From Podarcis pityusensis (taxonomy: Eukaryota), in NCBI GenBank assembly GCA_964106645.2, contig OZ067049.1: DNA of 64,000 bases. One strand, given 5' to 3'. Shown in pieces: positions 51,881-63,800 of the stretch. The notes under the pieces were generated by a model. That model was not told the origin of the DNA. It was given only the letters and a program-made list of their open reading frames with translations, and ran no database searches. The translations under genes were made by a program, and so were the position numbers. How positions within the stretch are numbered: position 1 is the stretch's first letter; every line of letters starts with the position of its first letter.

Positions 51881-54800
51881 TAAAAAAAAATCACCTAATA
51901 TACCTGTACTCATAAGCAGGCACTTATCATATTAATGAATAGCAATATTGCTGGGTATTTCATTACATGGGTTTCATTATGCAAGTCGTCTTTCTACTAT
52001 GTGTCAGTAAGTATTGTACTAGTCAGGTATTTCTCATTAAAGTTAAAATCCATTCATGACCTATGTATCTCCTTATACAGTGGTGCCTCGCAAGACGAAA
52101 TTAATTCGTTCCGTGAGTTTTGTCGTCTTGCGATTTTTTTCGTCTTGCGAAGCACGGTGTCGGGAAAGTTTTGGAAAAGCTTCAAAAATCACCAAAGTCT
52201 TTAAAAACCTCAAAAAAGGCTACCACACCACGTTCTATGAATTGCTCCTCGAAGTCAAGTCGCAACTGTATTAACGGTGTTAAGAAAAAGGAAACAAACT
52301 TGCAAGACGTTTACGACTTGCAAAGCAAGCCCATAGGGAAAATCGTCTTGCGAAGCAGCTCAAAAAACAAAAAACCCTTTCGTCTAGTGAGTTTTTTGCC
52401 TTGCGAGGCATTCGTCTTGCGAGGTACCACTGTATAACATCGCCATTGTGAAAGTCTAACATCCCTTTGCTAATAAAGGTACCGGGAATTAATTGCTTAT
52501 GTCATAGCACTTACACCAATATGAAAGGGCTCCAGATGCAGTTGGTGGAGTACCTGTTTTGCATGCAAAAGGTTGCTAAAGCCACTGATAGGCAGAGCAG
52601 GCAACCAAAGAGTTATATATAGTTGAAAGGTTTCTTGGAAATAATCTAGTCCAAACCTCTGCTACATGCAGATCTATCACATTCTGTCTACTGAAGGGCA
52701 AAATTTCTGGTTCTATTCTGGAAGACCTGAACTACTGAAAATCCCAACTGCCTCAATATCCTCCTACAACCCATGTCCTTCTGTAAGCTGCTTCTATTGT
52801 TAACAGCGACATACAGAACAAAGCAACAATTACCTCTACTGTCATCCATCTCGCCATCCCTTGAATGTTCTGATTGGATGTCAGGCAGGGTCTGAAGTAC
52901 AGCCACACTATTCTGGTTTATAATCTTCAACTTGAGCTTTGGCTTTGTCCGTTTTCTTCTTGGTACAACAGCACTGAGGCTCTGTAACTGAGACATCCCT
53001 GTTTCTGTCAGACAGACTCCATCCTGAGTGTATGTCTTCGGTGGGTCTATGAAATTTGCATGAACCATAATAGGAATACACAACTTTAATAACCTTAGCT
53101 TACAAGCATTGTGTAACTATATCCCCCCCCCCAACTTTAAGGAACTTGCAATTAACATACTAACAATTATCCATTGTAACATCAGAGCAAAAGAAATAAA
53201 AATGAGCAGAACTATTTCTGAAGTAAATCAACATTGGTTCAGAATAACACAAAGCTTTTCCACTGATATATTATTTATTCCAATCTGATAGAAAGAACAA
53301 AGGACTGGTTCACATGTCATGCTAAACTCAACCATGGTTTAGCAAAAGTGTGTGGGTTCCCAGAGTCTGGGAACAATCCTCCCTGATTGTTTTACTGCTG
53401 CGCCATGCTGAACCAAGCCACGACATCTGAATCTGGGCTTCAAGTTTTGCTTTTCCAGACTAACCATGAGCACTAACCAAGGTTTGTCCTGTGGTTTATG
53501 GTTTTTTCCAGGACCGCCTGGGTTCAGATGGCACACTAAGCCAAACTATGGTTTCACTAAAGTGTGGCAAGTGAATTACCAGGGCTGAAGCAGCAATGAG
53601 CTCCTCCCTGGTCCTGCTAAGCCTAAATTTGGATTAGCATGAAATGCAAACCAGACCATTGTTTTTTTACAGTTTTCTTGATTGCTTCCTGCAGATATTT
53701 ATTCATGCTATCACCATAGCAGAAGTACTTTGACCCTGCAAAGGTTCTACTCAAACTGAGTCCAAGGAAAACCCCATAAAGGCTGTTCCATAAGCAATTT
53801 ATAGCAGTGCTCATGTTAAGGGAGAAAAGGTAACAAATTAATGAAATCCAGGAAAAAAACCAACCCACTAAAATGTCCCATTTCAGCCCTGTTTTTGGCT
53901 CACTTTAGGGATTTACTTAAACAAAAAATCTGCCTGTTCCATAAATTTTGAAGAGCAGTTGCATGTTTAAAAAACAAAACTTTTAGTAAGAGGCAATATG
54001 ATGACAAAGGATAAAAAGAGCTAAGAAACGTATTGATACACTGTAGAATTTATTTCTAGGTTAAGCAGTAACCATGTTAGGGGGAAGAAATAAAGAATTT
54101 TGAAAGTTACCAAATTCCTTTGCTTTTGTTATAATTTGAGTGGCAACCGATGGTTCACAGCATTCAGAGGAAGGCACTGAAAGATAAAAATTGAAATTGG
54201 CTGTGAGTCCTGGAAGACCTGCTCCCTGCCTTGTAGGCCTTTTCCACATGGCAGTGCCCTTATTGACTCCACCTACAAAAGCTGAGGCTGCTGAAGAAGC
54301 TGGATATCATCTTGTCTGTCTCAGTGCAGACCCAGGTCATCAAGTCTGAGCTTCCACAGCTGCCACCCCCCCCCCGCCAAAAACCACCATTGGCAGGACT
54401 GGCAGCAACAACACTAGATAGGTTCTATGCTTATAACAGTAATTTATTCTCTTGTAAACTATGCGACTTTAAATGTGCATTTTATATTGGACTTCCTTTA
54501 GTAATGTTTTATTTTGAAATCTTTTAAGATAATACTGTAGTTTCCTGTTATTTATATTGCTTTGGCTGTGTACCCTATATATGACTTTCTTCAGTAACAT
54601 TTTATTATAGATTGCTTTATTTGATGTTTTAATGTATTGTAAACCGCTTTAAGATTTTTTTCCTTAAAAATATAAAGCGGTATAGAAATGAAATGAATAA
54701 TGATGATGATGTTGCTTGTATTAAAATACATAATCTTCTATAACTATAGTTTTTGATGTTGGTATCATTTGTAATCTTCTGCAAGTCTCTTGTGCTCAGG

Positions 54801-57800
54801 CATGTCAGAAGAGCATTATTAAATTTTTGAACAATTGAATTTTTTTTAGGTTAATAAATTTCAGTTGACATTCACTGTTACCAGGAATACAGTGGAAGGC
54901 TGAATTAAAAACAACTATGTGCTAATAGTGTGTTGAAGAAATACTTAAATTTCTGGAAGCACTAGGCACAATCTAAAGAACATTAATTCCATAACAGCTC
55001 TCACTGAAAGCAGTAAAGCTTACAGCCTAATTCCATGCATGCATACCTGCAAGTTATTTTTTTTCTGACCTGTTTTTACCCACAGCACCAGAACACTCTG
55101 CCAAGGCACCTATGCACACAATTTCTTACTGATATACCAGAGGATCTCTGGCAGCATAACTGCTGACTCTCTGGTGGGTCTTCCTCTCTGCTGGTAGAAT
55201 GGCACTTACACAACTTCCAAAGGACCCTCAGTTGGCCTTTGGCTGGCTTTAAGATTGCTCCTTTAAATCAAGCCCTTCTCCGGGTTGTGAGAGAAAGCAC
55301 CATGTACCATTTGTCCCTTTCAACAATAGCATTCATTTATTTTATTTCTTTGTATGCACAGCCTGCTCCATCTTGAAAAATCTAGGCAGGTATCAATTAA
55401 TTTTTTTTTAATGTAAATAATGCCTTTAAAATAGAATGAAAATCTAATTTGATGTAAACCTGAACAAGTTTATTTTTTAATGGTGTGGGAAACAACATTC
55501 CATAGAGGTTAAAGCCTGGATAATTTGAGAGACGGGGGGATGGAAAGACAGAAGCACATTTGGGAAGCCAAAGAGGCAGCAGTCCCATTTGACTTAGAAA
55601 TAGCTAATTAAGACAAAGCATGATAATTTCAGAATTAACTAGCAAGAAATAGTATGGACAGACAGTGATTTGGATGTGGCAGCTGGCAGATTAACATATG
55701 AAGAAAACAAGAAATATAAGTTAGTTTAAAGATCAATAACACAATCTGCCAAGTGGGCAACCTCCATGAAGGACTCTGGTGCAAGACCCTTTAAATAGAT
55801 GGAAGCCTGCCATTCTGCTATCACAGTCATTTCCCAAAACCTTCTAGGTATCAAATGGTTATTGGAAAACCATTAGCAGCCCACTAAGAAGGGTTTTAGG
55901 ATATGAAATTCTTTTAGACCCAGTGTTGTTGTTTTTACCCTTTTTCTGAATTATGTGGAAGACACAGTGAAGTAAGATCAAAAAGAATTTACTGCATGGT
56001 TTCTAATACAGTAACCACCGCTAAAATTTTATATGCAGGAAGGTGAGAGTGGAGATGATCAATGACACCACCTATTGAAGAATGGATTGGTAAAATATGG
56101 AAGTTTGCTTCAATGGCTGAATTAATATGATACATCAGATTCAAAGTGGAGGAGACAATAACAAGGTAATTTTATGATGAATGGCATTTTCTTTATCAAA
56201 TATAGTAAGAAAAATTGGGTGCAATCTAATATAAACCATGGTTTTATAGTGTTCTGAAATATGATTAATTTTGCTATTTGGAATTCCTTAATGGTGGGAA
56301 GCAACAAGACACTGGTCACCTTTGAATGTGATATGACACAAAATAAAGAAAGAGAAATGAAGTCAGAGTAGCGGTTGTGCTTCATTTGTAGATAGCACCT
56401 CAGCTTCCATAATATAAGGAACAATAATGATTGAACTGAGGATAAATCTTATGACAATGCCTTTATATATATATAAAAGGATGGGTGTGAGAAAAGAGAA
56501 AAATTTGGAAATGTGTTTCTGGTATTAAGAAATAATGAAAACTGGAAGTTATTACAGGATATTGTTAATATAAACTATTGATAGGAATAGCTATCCATGT
56601 GTTTGATATGATAGTAGAGAAATGTGGTATATATGTTTGTTTGCCTAGAAGGTTTTCTCTGTGTGTTTTATTGGGGGGGGGGGATATTCTGTGTCCTCTT
56701 TGACTGTCAAAGGTCATGGCCTTATATTGTTATTATGTCAAAAGCCTGTCTGGCATTAGCAGCTTAGTGGGAGGTAAGAGAGAGTCGATCACCTTGAGAA
56801 TTTATTATATAGGGCCTGGATCAGGTAAATTTATTCTAATTGGTCTAGGTGGCTGCCAGTTAGGAAAAGAGTTGAGATTTGACAGGGAGAGATGGTACAG
56901 TAACTCTGACTGCCATCATCATTACTTAGAGCAGTGGTTCCCAATTAGAGGTCCAGGAACCCCTGGGGGTCCATGGAACACATCCAGGGAGTCCACGGCC
57001 CCATCTCTTGCTTCCCTCCAGCTAAATTTTTGTCATTTTTGCATGGTAAAATCACAAATGTTATGGTCTGTTTTAGCATTGTGCGGTTTTTCAATATATT
57101 GGCCAAAATTGGTTTTGAAATCACACCTCAATAATGATTTTGATCCGGCAATACGCAGCCATATATCGCTCCTCATGTGAAGGAAAGCAGGGCAGTCGAT
57201 TGCAAGGTGCTGCCTTTCGCTCATGCTGACGGAGAGCAGGGCAGCTGATCGCCCTCACATCAAGGCACTGAGGCGGAGCAGCTTTTCTCAGTCAGCAGGA
57301 AAGCAGCCACAGTAGATATGCATCTTCGCTGGCTGCTCCACTGACAGCGACTTCATGCACCCCCCCATCCCTATCCCCTCCCACTCAAACCACGAGGTGG
57401 AGGTGACTCCGCTTCCTCAACTCCCCTCAAGCAGCCAATCTCCACAGCTGAGCCTTCCCTCATTGTCACGCCTTGAATGATCTCCATGACTGTTCCTTCC
57501 CTCATCCCCATGCCTGATTTCTAATTTCAGACATTGTGATATATCAGAATATTGTGAAGTTTAGCTGCTGATATATCACAATGTTGAAAACCAGATATCG
57601 CTCAGCCCCGGTGTGTTTTTAGTATACCTAAAATCCTTTGCTTATTAGGGGCTACCCCACTTTTTGTTCAAAAAATTGCTTTGCAGAGGTAACTACCATA
57701 GACTTATCAAAATTTTCAAAAGTAGTGGCTTGGCTTTTGAAAAATAGGGGGTCCTCAGTAATTAGCTAATTGAGAACCACCGACTTAGAGTAAAAAACAA

Positions 57801-60800
57801 CACATATTTTTACATGTCTACGGCTATTAATGCAACTTATGAAAAAAATAATCCTGAGAATCTTGAGGTAAGAGAAGTCTATCTGACACTGGGAGCAAAA
57901 TATTCAAGATAATGTTATTCTTAAATAATGAATTTCATCTTCTCAAAATCATGGTGCTCTGAGTGCAGTCTTTCTCTCACTTGTGGGCACACACACCCTC
58001 TTGCTGCTATTATAATTTTAAGCAGACTTACAAATCCTCTGGGAAGAGATTTACCCAGCTTTCTACTCTAAATTGTTTTTTCCCTCATTAATAATCTTGC
58101 AGTGCTAAAAGCAAGACAAAAGAAATTATTTCCCTCAAGTACTGCCTCTGAAATCAATTCAGCATCTGCCAATCAGGAGACAGACCAAAGAAGTTGTTTC
58201 CAAAGCTAGTGCTACGCTGCTAGATACCCAATTAAGAAATTCCTTACCATTTGCTGGTGGTATGTATGGCTGACACATGGTACAGTCAAAGCCACTGTCA
58301 GCTGTGCTTTCAACTTCCTCGTCTGTGTTTAAGTTTTGACAGATTGTGTGCATCCATCTGGAAGTTAAGTTAAAAAGGAGAAAATGAAACATATACCATT
58401 TTATGCCAAAACACCATTCAGACTCTCTTTAGATTGAAAGAAGCACAGAACACGTCTACTGCTTTAAAAGTTTCTCTGTAAAGAGGCAATGATATGAAAA
58501 CCCCAGAGGAAGTCTGCTTTAGTCCCAGAAGATAGTTGTTAAAATGGTCAGATAAGACAGGGGTACTTTGGGTAGATGGTTTGTCCACCCAGGGGAGCAG
58601 TGTTCACTCTGTGCTAGATGGGATTATACTCTCCCCAAGCAATAGGCTGTACTTCGGGAGTGCTCTTTGCAATACAGAAGCAACTTGCACCTCTAAATGT
58701 TGCATCAGAGGCCTGGCTTGAATGTCGTATTACATCACAGTTAAAAACAAACTATGAACAAACATCGTGCTGGTGCATGCTGCCCAACATTTCTCACTCT
58801 CTGCTCCACTCCTGCTCCTACTGTTGCCGTGCTGCAATGTAACAAGTGAGGCTTGTGGTTTCCCTCAAACAAACCATGAGCAGTAAGCCAAGAACAAACC
58901 TTGATTTCCATCCATGGTTTGTTTGGACAAAAACAAATCATGAGTCTGGGTTCAGACATTATGATGAACCAGACTATGGCTTGTTTCCAAGCAGTAAAAG
59001 GGGAGAAATAGAGCAAGAATGTTTAATCAATGGACACCAGCGAGTTGCATGTCCACATTCAAATATACTTGGTTTTAAACTATAGTATAACGTGATGTAT
59101 GAACCAACTCAAGAGTGCCATTTATCAACTCAGGATGAAGAGATAACTTTCTTTTAAAAAAAAACCATGGTGGTTTTCTTCTTTCTGATATTAGCTACAG
59201 CTTTTTCTTTGAAAGAGGCTCTCTCTTATTGCAAAGCGACTCTGATAAGGGAGAGAAAGTAAATTCCATATGATAAATTAAAACAATCTTCAGTCAACAT
59301 GACACTATGAGCAAATTATTGACGTATGAAAATATATAATTCACTGTGTAGCAGAAACTCTGACCTGTCACACTGTCTGCATTGCAGAATAAGCTCTTCT
59401 TCTCTGTAATTGCAACAGCAGACTGGGCAGGTAGATAAACTTGCACAGGGAGCACACTGTGTGTAATTATTTTGCCATTCACATCTAAGACCAGGAGACG
59501 TAGCACCACAATGTCTGCACCAAACACACCTGTAAAACACAAAACAATATCTTTCTTAACATGGGCTCATGGCAAGATTCACTGCTTCACGTTATTAAAA
59601 TACTTATTTTCACCTTAAAATTGTATTATCTTTAAATTACAGCAAAATGTAATTTTCCAAATCAGCCTTGCTGTACTATACTAATTAAAAGAAAATATAG
59701 TCAGATTAAAAGAAAACATTAAAAGCGGGGGGGGGGGGGAGAGAAGTTATACATACCATTTGCATTTCCACCCTCCTTTAGGAACTGTCTGCAGTGGTGG
59801 ATCTAGGCAGTAAGTGTGATAGCTGATATCACAATCATCGCAAAGGAGCAGTCTTCCTGGATCTGTAGCCTTCCCACAGGCTTCACACACAGTGCATTCC
59901 AGACATCTCCAACCTTTGTGGAGCACCACTTTTGTTATCTGCATAGCGGAAGACAATAGGGAATTATTTATGGAAGCCATACAACCTCAGTTGATTTACA
60001 GGCTTATATTCCCAATAAATTTGCTTCTATCATTTGGAAATAGTGTTTTTTAAATGTTTATGCTCTCCTTTTTGTTTTAGAGGGAAGTCCTCATTTTTTG
60101 AGAAGTCAAAAATATCTTTGCATTCAATAGCAATGTACATTGTGCTCTCCAAGATTATGGATGAAAATTTGTTTTAGATATTTTTAAAAATAAAATGGCC
60201 CAAATGTAAGGATTCAGCATACTCTCAGTTATTGCAAATATCAAAATCAAGATTCACATTTACTGAAATTAAAAGACAACATAGTTCCAAAATCTGGAGA
60301 AATACAGTTTGCTCTTGATTTACAAATCTATTTGGCATCTCCTCCCCATTATGACATTTAAACAAAAGTACAATAGTGCCAAATATTACTTTCCTAAACT
60401 TAAATATGGCTATAGTTTAGAAACATACATCGAAACTTGAAAAAAGAAGTTTTTCGAAAAGGTCCATCATGGTACCTGACAGAAGCAAGGCACAATGTTC
60501 CAAACCTCTGAATCAGTCTTTACCACCGTATGTCACAGTGCAAAAGCCAGTTTACATATCACTCTGTTGCAAAGTGATCATGTGAATAAAAACCTCACAT
60601 TGCTTATTAAGAACCCTAGAGATTCTCTCCCACTAGCAGAGATGGTTGGAGAAATATGAAGTGTTCATGCTCTGTGAAAAGAGCGAGTGTGCTCCAGTTA
60701 CGTCGTACACCCTCAAAAGGAGCAATTCCTTGCAAGAGGTAAGAAGTTGGTACTGGCTAGATGCCGTACAGTGGTACCTCAGGTTAAGTACTTAATTCAT

Positions 60801-63800
60801 TCCAGAGGTCCGTTCTTAACCTGAAACTGTTCTTAACCTGAAGACCACTTTAGCTAATGGGGCCTCCTGCTGCTGCTGCTGCGCCGCCGGAGCACGATTT
60901 CTGTTCTCATCCTGAAGCAAAGTTCTTAACCTGAAGCACTATTTCTGAGTTAGCGGAGTGTGTAACCTGATGCGTATGTAACCTGAAGCATATGTAACCC
61001 GAGGTACCACTGTATTTTTCGCTCTATAGGACGCACCAGACCATAGGACACACCTTGTTTTAGAGGGGGAGAACAAGAAAAAAAAAAATCTCCCCCTCTC
61101 TGCTCAGCACCCCTCTCCCTCTCTGCTGAAGCCAGGAGAGTCTTGCTCTCCTGGCTTCAGCAAAAGGAACCCGAAGCCTTCGGAGCACAGCACCGACCCC
61201 TCTCGCTCTCCAGACTTCAGCGAAAGCAATGCAAAGCCTCCGGAGCGTGGAGAGAGAGCGGAGGGAGCGCTCCCTCTGTGCTTCGGAGGCTTCGCGTTGC
61301 TATCGCTGAAGCCAAGGAGCCTGCATTCACTCCACAGGACGCACACACATTTCCCCTTAACTTTTGGAAGGGAAAAAGTGCGTCCCATAGAGTGAAAAAT
61401 ACGGTAGTTCTTTCTTAGACAGTTGAATCTTCCATCTTTCTTGGGGGAGGGGGGGGAGAGAAAACAAAAGAGAGTTGCTCCTGACATGCTAAGTATGAGA
61501 GGCTGGAACTGTCTCCTTCACAAGAGTACAGGAAAAGTCAAGGGGCAGGCAAACACTGGTAAGGAAAGGTGTTTGTAGGTTCAGGATTTTAAGCAATCAA
61601 ATCAGTGTTGGTTTTGCTGTGATCATTAAGAGTGTAATGTGTGAACCAGCTCTACCACTCCTGAATGTTTTCTTTTTTCATTCACTAGTGTATGACAACA
61701 CGGTGGTGTAAGACATATGTAAATAAAAGGAGATAGGCTTGGAAATAGTTATCCGATTCCCTTCATAATCGGGGTTTGAAATGCTTTTTAAACTTTGCTT
61801 CAAAACATGCTTAAGTCACATTTTCTGTTGGAGTAATCAACCTAAATTTTCTTCAAATCAATTCATGAGAATTAAAATGGCTACTTTTATGGAGTGTTCA
61901 AAAGTTTACCCCCTCTGCTACACTAATCATTCTGGGAGAACAAAAGCTGTCTAGAGTGTGTTATAGCTTCAGTACAACCCTTTCATAAAAGTGCATGTGA
62001 TTTAATACATTAAAAGAATATTCCCTTTTTAAATAACTGCACTTAAAAGACGATTCATTGTTTATATGCTGAAGCAAATAGCTTATTATCTGTGCATGTC
62101 TTCCCATAACTATCCAAATTGAACTTTTTGCACATTCTCTCCTAGCTTAATGAATGTAAGAAATTAACTACTTAAGTTTCAGAAAATTCTGATAGCCAAC
62201 AGACAAAGTGAATTAACCGAATCTTACTGCGGTCATAAATGAAAACGAACTATATTTTTTTAGGAAACCAGCCTTAAACAAAACAAAACACACTATACTG
62301 CTTCATATCTTAATACTTAGGTTATATCTAGCTCAATACTGAGCTGTTATCTCAATACTTTCTTTTAACCATCTGCAAGATAAACGGTGCTATTTATAGC
62401 TGAAAAATTACACAAAGGTTAACTTCTCTTGCATTTATAAAATGTCATTTAATTAAAGTGCTTTGTCAGTTGCATACAAATAATGATCACATTTCCAGAG
62501 GAATATTTTACAAGCTAAAACACTCCTTAATAATGTAAAAACTGGAATCAATGCAGTATATGCAGGGACAATATGCTGACAATAATTTCAAAGTGCTCAC
62601 CTTAATACTGACACAGTATGGATGGTAACACTGACCACACTGAGAGCAGGCAAGCAATCGTCCTTCTGCACCTTGGCCAAAACTCCCACAAACTACACAC
62701 ATATCCTAGAATATCAAAGAAACTTTTTCAAGTAAACAACTAGAACCAGGTAATTAAAACATGGAAGAAATATACACCTTTAATCCATTTTTAGCAAACT
62801 TTGTTCTCTTTCAAAATTTCAGGTGTATACAGTCTCCTCATTATTATCATTAATATACCCTATGTATATAGCAAAAATCAGTAATACTAGTAAAACTACC
62901 TTGAGCATTTTTGTAAGGACAGGTAGTTAAAGTCTTAAAACAATTTTTAAAATCTACAAGAATTTCCAAAATATATTAGAAGCTCACTGCAAATGTCCAA
63001 AGAGAGATGGACCAAAAATATCAGCTCAGCTTTAGATCTAACTCACCTCTAGCTTTAAAGACCACTAGAATTGTAGCCAGAAGCTACATAGCAGCCAGTG
63101 TAATAACAAGTGATGAAGCAATGCTATTACCTGCCCTCAAAAGACAGTAGCCCCACAATGCAATAACTGCAGCCTCCCAACAAATGGTATTCTGTTTTCG
63201 CTACTATAGTAGCCCATATACAGAATAGTTAATCCAAAATTTAACAAAACACTAACAGGCTTATTACTTGTTTTATGGTCCACCAAGTAATAAGTTATAA
63301 ATTATCTAGATTAAACACCTATAGATACATTAACTATCGTCAAATGTCTTGCTAGGAAGAGGTTGGATGTCACCAGAAGTGGACAGCTAGAATAAACAAT
63401 ACCATTAAATATTGCCTACACTTTTCATCTGAGGCTTAGAAATTGGGAAATAACCAATGACATTAGAAAATAATAAAATATGAATTAATATTGCAACCTG
63501 ATGCAAAGTAAACTTGTCACTGCTAGAAAACAGGACAACAGTATTGTGCATTGAGTTTTCTTCCTCATCTTTGTTAGATGAAATGTCCATATCGGTGACC
63601 TACAAATAAAAGAAAACAAAAACTTAACAGTTTTCTGGCAGTAAAAGCAGATCATTGTGAGCAGAGACACGAATCAAGACTTCTGCCTGCTCAAATAATA
63701 TGCTAGAGATTCTTACCCCTGGAGAAAGAAAAGATCCAATTCCATTTTTAAGTTTTGATCTCCCCCGTCCACCTCTTCCAGAAAGGCCTGCACCACGTGG

